Below, one piece after another: positions 1-9,503 of a stretch of 64,000 nt of DNA. The position numbers were made by a program, and so were the translations under genes. Source of the stretch: Myxococcota bacterium (GTDB lineage Bacteria; Myxococcota_A; UBA9042; PHBI01; JAWLBL01). The notes beneath the pieces were generated by a model, which had not been told where the DNA came from, ran no database searches, and was given only the letters and a program-made list of their open reading frames with translations. The stretch is taken from positions 87,660 to 151,659 of the forward strand of contig JAWLBL010000003.1 of assembly GCA_041687695.1 (NCBI GenBank). Direction: 5' to 3'. The stretch's first letter is position 1. Every line of letters starts with the position of its first letter.

Positions 1-796
1 GGCGCGCGTGGTGGCCGAGGGGCTGGCCGGCCTCGAGTGCCTGAGCGGCATCCCGGGCCGGGTGGGGGCGGCGCCGATCCAGAACATCGGCGCCTATGGG
101 CAGGAGGTCTGCGAGGTCGTGCAGGCGGTGCACGTCGTCGACCGCGCCACGGGCGAGCGGACGCGCATCGCGGCGGCCGAGTGCGGCTTCGGCTATCGCT
201 GGAGCGCCTTCAAGGGGGCCTGGAAGGACCGCTTCGTGGTGGCGCAGGTCGACCTCGCGCTGCGGCCGGGCGGGGCGCCGGCGCTGCGCTATCCCGAGCT
301 GCAGCGCGCCCTGGGGTGGGCCGAAGGCGCCGCGTCGCCGCCGCTGGGCGAGGTCCGCGCGGCGGTGATCGGCGTCCGGCGCGGCAAGTCGATGGTGCTC
401 GACCCGGCCGACGACAACCGCCGCAGCGCCGGCTCCTTCTTCATGAACCCCATCGTGACGCTGGCGCAGGCCGAGGCGGTGCGCCGCGCGGTCGCCGAGG
501 CGGGGCTGGACCCGGCGACCCTGCCCGCCTACCCGTGCGATCCGGGCGAGGTGAAGCTGTCGGCGGCGTGGCTCATCGAACGCGCCGGGTTCCCCCGTGG
601 CTTCACGCACGGTCCGGCGGGGCTGTCGACCAGGCACACGCTGGCCCTGGTCAACCGCGGGCAGGCGCGGGCGGCGGATCTGGTCGCCCTGGCGGCGCTC
701 ATCCGCGCGGGGGTGCGCGAGCGCTTCGGCGTCACGCTGCACCCCGAGCCGGTCTTCGTCGGGTTCGACCGCGAGGTCGACGCCCTGCTGGGCTGA
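1..796 (+). CDS. murB: UDP-N-acetylenolpyruvoylglucosamine reductase (5'-truncated by window edge)
   Basis: Motifs GLECLSGIPGRVGAAPIQNIGAYG, CGFGYRWSAFK, SAGSFFMNP, KLSAAWLIE, HTLALVNRG and FGVTLHPEP are characteristic of MurB; stop TGA at 794-796. Confidence 0.95.
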   Translation, partial: ARVVAEGLAGLECLSGIPGRVGAAPIQNIGAYGQEVCEVVQAVHVVDRATGERTRIAAAECGFGYRWSAFKGAWKDRFVVAQVDLALRPGGAPALRYPELQRALGWAEGAASPPLGEVRAAVIGVRRGKSMVLDPADDNRRSAGSFFMNPIVTLAQAEAVRRAVAEAGLDPATLPAYPCDPGEVKLSAAWLIERAGFPRGFTHGPAGLSTRHTLALVNRGQARAADLVALAALIRAGVRERFGVTLHPEPVFVGFDREVDALLG

Positions 797-1687
797 TCAG
801 AAGGACACGGCCGGCAGCGCGAACAGGGTCGCGTCGGGGGCGAGGCCGGCCAGCGGGTCGTGCCGCGGCGTCCGCGGGTCGTGCGCGCGCGGCTGCTCCC
901 AGCGCTCGCGGGCGCGTCGGTTGTAGGCGCTGGTGGCGAGGGGGGCCGCGACCAGCCCGAACAGGCGCGCGGCGACGATGAGCGTCAAGCCGGTGGTGGC
1001 GCGTACGTCGCCGCCGTCGAAGTCGGTGAGTCCCTGCACCAGGAACAGGAAGCCCAGGGCGTAGCCGCCGAGCTCGGCCACGGCCAGGCCGTGGGCCTCG
1101 GCGTAGAAGAGGCCGCCCGTGGGCACGAAGAACTGGATGCCCAGGGCCAGCGCCACCGACTTCTGGTCCGGGGCCCAGGGGGCGACGGGGCGGGCCATCA
1201 GCACGTCGGAGGTGGTGGGGCGGGGCGCGACGGCCGGCGGCGCGTCGCCGGCGGGCAGGGCGCGCAGCAGCCCCGGGACGGCGGCCTCGACGCTGGCGCG
1301 CAGGCCGCGCAGGTCGGCGGCGCGCAGGGTCTCGGTGCGGGTCGGGGCGCCGGCTGGGGCGCCGTAGAGCGCCAGCAGGGCGATGTAGCCCTGGCGGCCG
1401 CGGACCACGTTGGTCGTGAGCAGCCAGCGCGCGCCGGAGGCGGCCATCAGGTCGCGCCGGCAGGGGTCGTCGCAGTCGGAGGCGTCCTGGACCGAGGCGG
1501 CGGCGAACAGGGCGTCGAGCACGGCGCCGCGGATGGCGGCCTCGAAGCCGCGCCGCTCGAGGGGGGCGAGGCCGGCCTCGTCGACCAGGGGGGCGACGGC
1601 GACCGTGCGATCGGCCGGGGCCGCCCAGGCCGCGGGCGCGAGGCCGACGAGCAGGAGCACGAGCGAGGCGGTGAGGAGTCGGAGCAT
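797..1687 (-). CDS. Hypothetical exported/membrane protein
   Basis: ATG at 1687 begins a signal peptide (MLRLLTASLVLLLVGLAPAAWA); C-terminal hydrophobic segments after KSVALALG; host-like codon usage. Confidence 0.7.
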   Translation of the reverse strand: MLRLLTASLVLLLVGLAPAAWAAPADRTVAVAPLVDEAGLAPLERRGFEAAIRGAVLDALFAAASVQDASDCDDPCRRDLMAASGARWLLTTNVVRGRQGYIALLALYGAPAGAPTRTETLRAADLRGLRASVEAAVPGLLRALPAGDAPPAVAPRPTTSDVLMARPVAPWAPDQKSVALALGIQFFVPTGGLFYAEAHGLAVAELGGYALGFLFLVQGLTDFDGGDVRATTGLTLIVAARLFGLVAAPLATSAYNRRARERWEQPRAHDPRTPRHDPLAGLAPDATLFALPAVSF

Positions 1688-1744
1688 GAGGGGGGCGCCT
1701 TCGGGCGAATGGTCCTCGTTAGCATAGCTCGGCGCGGGCCTGAA

Positions 1745-1774
1745 TTGACACCCTGCGCGGCCCCGACGCAGATT
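1745..1774 (+). promoter_or_regulatory. Candidate sigma70 promoter for the AAA ATPase gene
   Basis: TTGACA at 1745-1750, 18-nt spacer, weak -10 CAGATT; GGAGG RBS shortly before the TTG at 1840. Confidence 0.35.
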
Positions 1775-1839
1775 GTCGGCGAACCGCCGCGCCCGCCCTG
1801 CCGGGGCCACGAGCGCGCGACCGGTCGGGAGGCCCAGCG

Positions 1840-4011
1840 TTGACGATGCCGATGACCCACCCCGCGTCGAGCCAGGACGGCTTCGCCACCCTGAACGCGC
1901 GCTACATCGATCTCACCATCCACCGCTGGGAGGTGCTGCTCGAGCTGCACATCGGCGAGCGCTGGGGCACCCTGGGCGGCGAGGACGGCGCGCCCACGGC
2001 CGAGCAGCTGGGCGCGAGCCTCGAGGAGGTCGACCGCGAGCTGGATCGGATTCGACGCGAAGGCCGCGCGGCCGGCCGGGCCTTCCCGCTCGACCAGGTC
2101 GTCGTCAGCTACGGCCTGGACCCCATCGAGACGCAGATCCTGCAGCTGGCCGTGATGCCGCACCTCGATCTGGCGTTCCGCTCGCGCATCGCCCGCTACA
2201 ACAACAACATCCTGTACGACTTCGTCGACGTCGACTTCATCCTCAACCTGCTCTTCCCCTCGCGCCACGAGCGCCTGCAGGCCCGCGCCTACTTCGCGGC
2301 CGACGCCCCGCTCATCGCCCAGCGCCTGCTCTCCTTCGCCCCCGCCAAGGACCCCAAGGGCACCGGCCTGCTCGCGCAGGAGCTGCGCCCCCCCGAGCGC
2401 CTGGCCGACTACCTCCTGTGCCGCCGCGCGCTCGACCCGGCGCTCAAGGCCTACGCCGAGCTGCTCGACCCGCCCACGCGCCTCGAGGAGGTCGCCCTGT
2501 CGCCCGACGATCGCGACGATCTGGTCGGCATCCTGCGCCACTTCGACGCGACCCTGAGCAAGCTCGGCCGCCACGAGCCCGGCCAGACCGGCCCCTTCCC
2601 GGTCGGCGAGGGGCTGGCCGTCGCCTTCGTCGGCCCGTCCGGCACCGGCAAGACCATGCTGGCCGAGGCGCTCTCCAATGCCCTGTCGCGCCCGCTCATC
2701 AAGGTCGACGCGGGCCGCCTCGCCAGCGTCTCGGACCGCTTCGGGCAGCTGGCCGAGGATCTGTTCAACGAGGCGCGGGTGCAGGGCGCGGTCCTGCTGT
2801 TCGACCGCTGCGAGCCGCTGCTGGCCAAGGGCAGCCCCAAGCTGCCGACCCTGCTCGCGCAGCTCGAGCGCTTCGGCGGCCTGGTCGTCCTGACGACCAA
2901 CCGGCCCGACGAGCTGGACACCGGCGTCGAGCGCTACGTCGCCTGGCAGCTCAACCTGGACATGCCCGGGGTCGACCAGCGCCTGCACATCTGGCAGGGG
3001 CACGTCCCGCCCGACGTGTCGTTGGCGGACGACGTGGACCTGGACGACATGGCGACCCGGTTCGAGATCACCGGCGGCCAGATCCGCAGCAGCTGGCTGG
3101 TCGCCCGCAAGCGCGCCCTGGCCTCGCGCGAGGCGCCCGGCGTGGTCACGCAGCCGATGCTCAAGGCCGCGGCCAGCGGGCAGCTGCGCGCGAACATGGA
3201 GGACTACTCGGTGCGCTCCAAGGTCAGCCTGACCCTGGACGACCTGATCCTGCCCGAAAAGGAGCTGGTCCTCATCCGCGAGGTGCTGGCCGCCTGCCAG
3301 AACCGCGTGTTCGTCATGAGCAAGTGGGGCTTCGGCAAGCGCCTGGTCACCGGCAAGGGCATCTGCGTGCTCTTCAAGGGCGACCCGGGCACCGGCAAGA
3401 CGCTGTGCGCCGAGATCCTGGCCTCCGAGCTGGGGATGAAGCTCTACCAGATCTCGATCCCGAAGATCGTCAGCAAGTACATCGGCGAGACCGAGAAGAA
3501 CATCGCCAAGATCTTCAGCACCGCGCGCGCCAACCACTCGATGCTGCTCTTCGACGAGGCCGACAGCCTCTTCACCAAGCGCGTGTCGGTCGAGAACGCC
3601 ATCGACCGCTTCTCGAACATGGAGACCAACCTGCTCCTGCAGGAGATCGAGCGCTTCGAGGGCATCACCATCCTGACGACCAACCTCGACAAGAACATCG
3701 ACGACGCCTTCGCGCGCCGCATCCAGTTCAAGATCGACTTCCCCTTCCCCGACCCGGACCACCGGACGCTCATCTGGAAGAGCCTGGTCCCCAAGGAGTG
3801 CCCCATCGAGCCGGGCGTGGACTTCGAGGAGCTGGGGTATTCGTTCGAGCTGTCGGGCGGCTTCATCAAGAACGCCGTGGTGCGCGCGGCGTACCGGGCG
3901 GCCTCGCGGGGCGACAAGATCACCTTCGCGGACATCGAGTTCGCCGCCGAGCAGGAGTGCAAGAGCGCGGGCAAGCTGTTCCGGGCGACCGGCGCGCGCG
4001 AGGAGTGGTAG
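1840..4011 (+). CDS. Tandem AAA+ ATPase with N-terminal helical/winged-helix region (eCIS Afp15/Pvc15-like architecture)
   Basis: Two Walker A motifs (GPSGTGKT, GDPGTGKT); Walker B LLFDRCE (degenerate) and LLFDEAD; SKYIGETEKN, LTTN and AFARRI motifs. Confidence 0.9.
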   Translation: MTMPMTHPASSQDGFATLNARYIDLTIHRWEVLLELHIGERWGTLGGEDGAPTAEQLGASLEEVDRELDRIRREGRAAGRAFPLDQVVVSYGLDPIETQILQLAVMPHLDLAFRSRIARYNNNILYDFVDVDFILNLLFPSRHERLQARAYFAADAPLIAQRLLSFAPAKDPKGTGLLAQELRPPERLADYLLCRRALDPALKAYAELLDPPTRLEEVALSPDDRDDLVGILRHFDATLSKLGRHEPGQTGPFPVGEGLAVAFVGPSGTGKTMLAEALSNALSRPLIKVDAGRLASVSDRFGQLAEDLFNEARVQGAVLLFDRCEPLLAKGSPKLPTLLAQLERFGGLVVLTTNRPDELDTGVERYVAWQLNLDMPGVDQRLHIWQGHVPPDVSLADDVDLDDMATRFEITGGQIRSSWLVARKRALASREAPGVVTQPMLKAAASGQLRANMEDYSVRSKVSLTLDDLILPEKELVLIREVLAACQNRVFVMSKWGFGKRLVTGKGICVLFKGDPGTGKTLCAEILASELGMKLYQISIPKIVSKYIGETEKNIAKIFSTARANHSMLLFDEADSLFTKRVSVENAIDRFSNMETNLLLQEIERFEGITILTTNLDKNIDDAFARRIQFKIDFPFPDPDHRTLIWKSLVPKECPIEPGVDFEELGYSFELSGGFIKNAVVRAAYRAASRGDKITFADIEFAAEQECKSAGKLFRATGAREEW

Positions 4012-4150
4012 CCGCCCGCGCCGAGGCGCTTTGACGCCTTGGACGGGGTCCATAGGGTTGTCGTCGGGGGCTCCGCGCCGGCGGCCCGGGTGCGCCCGGG
4101 GCACAGGAGTCACGCGGAGTCATCCGAGCCGATGACACCGGAGATGACCC

Positions 4151-4963
4151 ATGGACACGCACCAGTTCCTGAGCGAAGTGCGCGACACGGCGCACCTCGG
4201 CTCGAAGGACGAGGCCGAGCGAGTGGTCTGCGCGACCCTGATGACGCTGGGTGAGCGCCTGTACGGCGGCGAGCCCAGGCACCTGGCGTCGCAGCTGCCG
4301 CACGAGCTGCAGCGCTTCATCGTGGGCGAGGGCAACGAGCCCAGCGGCCGCACGGGGCGGCCCATCCCCAGCCGACAGGCGCAGAGCGGTCAGCGTCGCC
4401 CCAGCGGCGAGCCGGGGCCCGGCCTGCGGCGGACCGGGCCGCTCGGGCCGGACACCAGCGACATCCACGTCGACCCGAAGCGCTCGCACGACCAGCGGCG
4501 CCTCGAGGAGGACCTGACCGGGGTGCCCGGGCGCATCGGGCCCGACCCGAACGAGCGCCGCCGGCGCGACATGCGCGCGCGCACCCACATCGCGGGCGGC
4601 GGCTCCGAGCAGCGCGCGTCGGGCGGCGGCGGGGGCCAGCCCATGAACGTCGACACCGAGCGGCGGGGGCGCGCCGGGGGCGGAGGCGGCCGCATGAGCG
4701 AGACGCAGCGCCGCGCCCAGGGCGAGATGGGGCACCCGAGCAGCAAGCTCAACCTGGACGAGTTCCTGGACTCGGTCGCGCGCCGCGAGGGGCGCGAGGA
4801 CGTCGGCCGCGAGGAGGTCGAGCGCCACGTCCGCGCGGTCTTCACGACCCTGGCGCACGCCGTGGCGCCGGGCGAGCTGCGCGACGTGCACTCGCAGCTG
4901 CCCAAGTCCTTCGACCGCCTGCTCGAAGGCTGGCCCGCGAGGCCGGGGCAGGAGCGGCAGTGA
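4151..4963 (+). CDS. DUF2267-family protein with a long low-complexity insertion
   Basis: N-half FLSEVRD..EAERVVCATLMTLGERL..LASQLP and C-half LDEFLDSVARREG..VRAVFTTLAHAV..GELRDVHSQLP match the two DUF2267 repeats; GGAG RBS. Confidence 0.8.
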   Translation: MDTHQFLSEVRDTAHLGSKDEAERVVCATLMTLGERLYGGEPRHLASQLPHELQRFIVGEGNEPSGRTGRPIPSRQAQSGQRRPSGEPGPGLRRTGPLGPDTSDIHVDPKRSHDQRRLEEDLTGVPGRIGPDPNERRRRDMRARTHIAGGGSEQRASGGGGGQPMNVDTERRGRAGGGGGRMSETQRRAQGEMGHPSSKLNLDEFLDSVARREGREDVGREEVERHVRAVFTTLAHAVAPGELRDVHSQLPKSFDRLLEGWPARPGQERQ

Positions 4964-5002
4964 GACCGAGCGGCCGCGAGCCTTCGTCCCGACGGGCGGG
5001 GG

Positions 5003-5917
5003 CTACGCGGCCGCCTTCACCGTGGCCTGGGGCCGCAGCCGGCGGCGCAGCAGCCCCACGATCGGCCAGCTGACCACCAGCCCGCCGACCATCGCCGCCA
5101 GGGCCGCCCCGAACACCGTCTTGACCATCAGGCCCGGCGCGTACCAGTAGGCGAAGGCCGCCGAGAAGACCCCCGAGCCGAACGCGATCCAGGTCAAGGC
5201 CGCGCCCCGCGGGCGTCGGCGCGCGTCGACGACCGCCGCGAACAGCGCCAGCAGGCCGGCGGCGATCATGAAGCCCTTGCCCGCCGGGGGCGCCTCGCGG
5301 ACCTCGACGTGGACGGGCCAGTCCACCGCGTCGGCGCGTTCGCTGCTGACGGCGAGCGCCGCGCCACGCCCCAGATCGGCCCGCACCGGCCAGACGATCT
5401 CCGTGTTGCGCACGGCCTTGGCGCCGCCGCGCCCGCCGACCAGCCGGTCGACCAGCTCGCCCTTGTGCTCGAAGTGCTGCGTGGCGCCCTCGGGGCCGGG
5501 TGTGTCGAGCGACACGGTCACCTGTGCCCGCTCGCCCGCGGGCTCGCCGTGCACGTACACGACGACCCGCTCGCGGGCCGCGCCGCGGGGCGGGACCGAC
5601 AGACGCGCGCTCGGCCCGCTCAGGTCACCGGCGGCGAGCCGCCCGCGGTCGCTCAACATGGCGGCCGGCCCCCAGGCCGCGACGGCGACCGCCGCCAGGG
5701 CCAGCGCCGCCGCCAGAAGGCGCCCCTTGTCGCGCGGCCGCCAGTGCTCGCGGACGGCCAACGCGCCGGAGACCAGCACCAGCCCGACCAGCAGCGGCCA
5801 GCCGAGCGCGGCGTCGGGCAGCCACCCGGCCCACCAGGCGACGCCCAGGCCGACCACCAGCGCGACGACCAGCAGCGGTCGAATCCACGACTCCCAGGCG
5901 CTCTCGAACGGATCCAT
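5003..5917 (-). CDS. Hypothetical multi-pass membrane protein
   Basis: Three N-terminal and three C-terminal hydrophobic helices flank a soluble domain; ATG at 5917. Confidence 0.7.
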   Translation of the reverse strand: MDPFESAWESWIRPLLVVALVVGLGVAWWAGWLPDAALGWPLLVGLVLVSGALAVREHWRPRDKGRLLAAALALAAVAVAAWGPAAMLSDRGRLAAGDLSGPSARLSVPPRGAARERVVVYVHGEPAGERAQVTVSLDTPGPEGATQHFEHKGELVDRLVGGRGGAKAVRNTEIVWPVRADLGRGAALAVSSERADAVDWPVHVEVREAPPAGKGFMIAAGLLALFAAVVDARRRPRGAALTWIAFGSGVFSAAFAYWYAPGLMVKTVFGAALAAMVGGLVVSWPIVGLLRRRLRPQATVKAAA

Positions 5918-6067
5918 CGGCCCTCGACACTGCGGGGATCGGGCGGGGCGCACGAACGGAGCCGAGCAACCCGGCGGCGCGTGCCGCCATTCCCACGGGC
6001 GCCGATGATTGACACGACCGGCCCCGGCTGGGTAGTCCGCTGACCTTCACCTCGAGAGGACACCAGC

Positions 6068-7141
6068 ATGGGTTCGATGCGATGGCTGCGGACGATGGCG
6101 TTTGGCCTGGGCGTGCTCGCGGTTGCGGCGTGCGGCGGCGACGGCGGCGGCGGTGAGCCGGACACCCTCGGCGACGGCGGCGGCGACGAGGGGCCCGAGA
6201 CGGTCGTCACGGACGGCCGGGTCGTCATCAACGAGGTCGCGCCGGCCGGATCGCCGGTCGACTGGATCGAGCTGCTCAACACGGACGACGAGTCCGCCGA
6301 CCTGTCGGGCTGGACGCTGACCGACGACGACCCGCTGCACGTCCTGACCTTCGCGGCCGGGACGACCCTCGGGCCGGGCGAGCGCCTGCTGCTCGAGCGC
6401 GACGCCCAGGGCTCCTTCGACTTCGGCCTGGGCGCCACCGACGCGGTGCTGCTGTACGACGCCGGCGGGACGCTGGTCGACTCCATCGCCTGGTCGGACG
6501 GCGCCGCCCCCGCCGGCACCAGCTACGGCCGCATCCCGGACGGGACCGGCGCCTTCACCACCCTGTTCGTGCCGACGCCGGGCGAGGCCAACACCGCCGG
6601 GCCCACGCCGGAGTGCGGCAACGGGAGCCTCGAAACCACCGAGGTCTGCGACGGCGACCTGGTCGGGCCCAGCTGCACCCAGGTCGGCTTCGTCTCGGGC
6701 GACGTGACCTGCGCGTCCGACTGCAGCGCCGTCGACTACTCGGGCTGCGTCCTGGCCGACTCGCCGGTCGTCATCAACGAGGTGACCTCGACCGGCGACG
6801 ACAGCATCGAGCTGTTCAACACCTCGGACGAGGCCGTCAGCCTGGGCGGCTGGGTGCTGACCGACGGCTCGGTCCTGAGCGACGGCGACCCCTTCCTCTT
6901 CCTGCCGGGCACCACGCTGCCCGCCAAGTCCTTCCTGGTGCTGGTCCGGGGGCAGAACCACGTCTTCGGGGTCGGCGCCGCGGACACGCTGGTCCTGCGC
7001 AACGCGGCCGAGCAGATCGTCCAGGTCGTCTCTTGGAGCGAGGGCGACGCCGCGGTCTCCTACTGCCGGGTCCCCAACGGGACCGGGGCGCTGCAGCCTT
7101 GCGCCACGGCCAGCTTCGGGGCAGAAAACCCCGCCAACTGA
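6068..7141 (+). CDS. Lipoprotein with two lamin-tail domains and a Cys-rich linker
   Basis: Lipobox AVAAC; two copies of VVINEV...IEL.N....LSGW.LTD; SYGRIPDGTG..PTPG; CGNG...EVCDG myxobacterial Cys motif. Confidence 0.85.
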   Translation: MGSMRWLRTMAFGLGVLAVAACGGDGGGGEPDTLGDGGGDEGPETVVTDGRVVINEVAPAGSPVDWIELLNTDDESADLSGWTLTDDDPLHVLTFAAGTTLGPGERLLLERDAQGSFDFGLGATDAVLLYDAGGTLVDSIAWSDGAAPAGTSYGRIPDGTGAFTTLFVPTPGEANTAGPTPECGNGSLETTEVCDGDLVGPSCTQVGFVSGDVTCASDCSAVDYSGCVLADSPVVINEVTSTGDDSIELFNTSDEAVSLGGWVLTDGSVLSDGDPFLFLPGTTLPAKSFLVLVRGQNHVFGVGAADTLVLRNAAEQIVQVVSWSEGDAAVSYCRVPNGTGALQPCATASFGAENPAN

Positions 7142-7155
7142 CCGGAGCGCCCGCC

Positions 7156-7827
7156 ATGTCCGCCCAACCCGACGATTCGAGCCCCGCCGCCGGGATCCAG
7201 GTCGAGCCCAGCCACTACGAGGGGCTCGACTACGATCGCAGCGAGCGCTTCGTCAGCTACTGGCATCAGATCCAGCAGGTGCTGAAGCGCTCGCCCGACA
7301 GCGGCGCGGGCGGCGTGCTCGAGGTGGGCGTCGGCAACGGCTTCGTGCATCGCTACCTGCGCGAGCGCGGGGTGGCCGTTCACACGCTGGACTTCGACGC
7401 GCGGCTCGAGCCCGACACGGTCGGCTCGGTGCTCGCGCTGCCCTTCGAGGATCGGCGCTTCGATCTGGCGGCCTGCTTCGAGACCCTCGAGCACCTGCCC
7501 TGGGACGCCTTCGAGCCGGCCGTCCGAGAGCTGCGCCGCGTCGCCCGGCGGTATGTGCTGCTGAGCCTGCCCGACGCCTCGCCGTGCGTGCGGTTGGGCT
7601 TCGCGACCAACAACGCGGGCCTGAAGACGCGCCGCCTGGTGCAGCTGCCCAACCCCTTCCCCAAGGCGCACCGCTTCGACGGCCAGCACTACTGGGAGAT
7701 CGGCAAGCGCGACTTCCCGCTGTCGCGCATCGTCCGCGCGGTCGAGGGCTGCGGCCTGGTGGTCGAAGAGAACTTCCGCGTCTTCGAGCTGCCCTACCAC
7801 CGCTTCATCAGCTGCCGCGTCGCCTGA
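7156..7827 (+). CDS. Class I SAM-dependent methyltransferase
   Basis: VLEVGVGNG motif I, LPFEDRRFD, ETLEHLP, HYWEIGK; GGAG RBS before the ATG at 7156. Confidence 0.88.
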   Translation: MSAQPDDSSPAAGIQVEPSHYEGLDYDRSERFVSYWHQIQQVLKRSPDSGAGGVLEVGVGNGFVHRYLRERGVAVHTLDFDARLEPDTVGSVLALPFEDRRFDLAACFETLEHLPWDAFEPAVRELRRVARRYVLLSLPDASPCVRLGFATNNAGLKTRRLVQLPNPFPKAHRFDGQHYWEIGKRDFPLSRIVRAVEGCGLVVEENFRVFELPYHRFISCRVA

Positions 7828-7833
7828 CGCGTC

Positions 7834-9345
7834 TCAGCCCGCCTTGCGCAGGGCTTTGAGCAGCGCCAGATCGCGCAAGTACGCGAGATCCTGGGGCGAC
7901 AGCACGCGAGTGGCGGTCGCCAGCGCGATGTACAGCGCCGCGTAGGCGACGGCCAGGACGCCCAGCTCGGCGGCCGGGTCCAGGTCCAGCTGCTCGGCCA
8001 GCAGGCCGGCCGGGACGGCGGCGGCGAGGCCGACGACCAGGTTCACCAGATAGGGCCGCCAGGGGAAGACGGTGCGCCAGGTCGTGCCGCTGAGGCGGCG
8101 GATGTGGTGCAGGTAGTAGCCCACCGCCACGACCTGGGCGAGGACGCTGCCCACCGGCGGTCCCAGCACGCCCAGCGGCCACACGAGGGCCACCGAGAGC
8201 GCCAGGTTGACGACGAAGGCCAGGACGCTGGCGCGGAAGACCAGGCGCGGCTGGCCGAAGACCTGGATCATGATGCCGTAGGCCGTCACGCGCAGCGGCA
8301 GGAGCAGGAGGTAGATGCGCAGCGGGTCGGCGGCGCCCAGGTAGTCGCGGGTGAAGAGCCAGGCGACGAAGGTCTCGGCGGTCGCCAGGAAGAAGACCGC
8401 GATGGGCAGGACCATCAGCGAGACCTTGCGGATGGAGGCGTGCCACAGGTCCATGACCTGGGCGCGGCCGGCGTCGCCGGGGACGGTGGCCAGGATCTTC
8501 ACGAGGCGCGGCATCAGCACGCTGGCCACCGTGTACGGGAGCATGGTGACCAGCGGGATCTCGCGGGCGCCCATCGAGTACTCGGCGAAGACCTCGGCGG
8601 CGAAGAACAGGCCGATGAGGACCTTGTCGGCCTGGCCGTTGAGGTAGCCGGTGACCTGGGACAGGCCCAGGGGGACGGCGTAGGCGAGCTGGGCGCGGAC
8701 GCCGCCCGACATGGGCTCGGCCCGGTGGCCGCGATACAGCAGCTCGAGGCCTACGACGGCGGTGGCGAAGCGGACCGCGGCGGTCAGGGCCAGGACCATC
8801 AGCGTGGTCTCGAGCGAGGCGCCCAGGGCCGCGGGGATGCACAGGCTGCCGAGATAGCTGAGCGAGGCCATCAGCTCGGCCGCCGAGGCCAGGGCGTGGC
8901 GCTCGTTGGCGATGAGGACGTGCTTGAGCACGCCGCCCGGGAAGTCGAACAGCATGTACAGGGCGACCCAGCCGGCGAGCGGGGCCATGCCGGGCTTGCC
9001 CTCGGTGAAGACGCCGAAGCCGACGATGAGGAGGAGCAGCAGGCCTGCGGCGAGCGCGCCTAGGCCGGTCAGCATGGCGGTCGTGCGGCGGACCAGCCAG
9101 CGCCGCGCGCCGTCCGTCAGGTTGGGGACGAAGTACAGGATGGACTGCGGCAGCCCCAACGTGCCGATGCCGTTGAAGGCGGCCGCCAGGGTGACGAGCA
9201 GCATCAGGACGCCGACCTGCTCCTTGTCCATGAGGCGGGTCAGGATGACCGCGGTCAGCAGCTGGGCGACGCCGGAGAGCAGGCGGCTGAAGACCACGAT
9301 CCCGACCTGGGCCGAGAAGCGCTTTGCCTCGGACTGTGCGGTCAT
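7834..9345 (-). CDS. Wzx-like oligosaccharide flippase (MOP/PST family)
   Basis: About 12-14 TM helices; LGLPQSILYF, QADKVLIG and FAEYSMGA motifs; GAGG RBS before the ATG at 9345. Confidence 0.88.
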   Translation of the reverse strand: MTAQSEAKRFSAQVGIVVFSRLLSGVAQLLTAVILTRLMDKEQVGVLMLLVTLAAAFNGIGTLGLPQSILYFVPNLTDGARRWLVRRTTAMLTGLGALAAGLLLLLIVGFGVFTEGKPGMAPLAGWVALYMLFDFPGGVLKHVLIANERHALASAAELMASLSYLGSLCIPAALGASLETTLMVLALTAAVRFATAVVGLELLYRGHRAEPMSGGVRAQLAYAVPLGLSQVTGYLNGQADKVLIGLFFAAEVFAEYSMGAREIPLVTMLPYTVASVLMPRLVKILATVPGDAGRAQVMDLWHASIRKVSLMVLPIAVFFLATAETFVAWLFTRDYLGAADPLRIYLLLLPLRVTAYGIMIQVFGQPRLVFRASVLAFVVNLALSVALVWPLGVLGPPVGSVLAQVVAVGYYLHHIRRLSGTTWRTVFPWRPYLVNLVVGLAAAVPAGLLAEQLDLDPAAELGVLAVAYAALYIALATATRVLSPQDLAYLRDLALLKALRKAG

Positions 9346-9503
9346 CCACACCTCGACGCGGGCCGGGTCGGTGCCCGGCCGGCGCCTCACGATAGGCGGA
9401 AGCGCGCGAGACGCAAGGACTTCGTGGTCAGCGGGCCCGCGCGGCGCGGTCTCGGCGCAGCGTGCGCTCGTGCCTCTGGAGCCAGGCGCGGCAGGTCTCT
9501 TCG

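Noticed and set aside
1840..7141. Contractile injection system locus
   Set aside because: Only the ATPase resembles eCIS components; no sheath, tube, baseplate or spike genes were seen.
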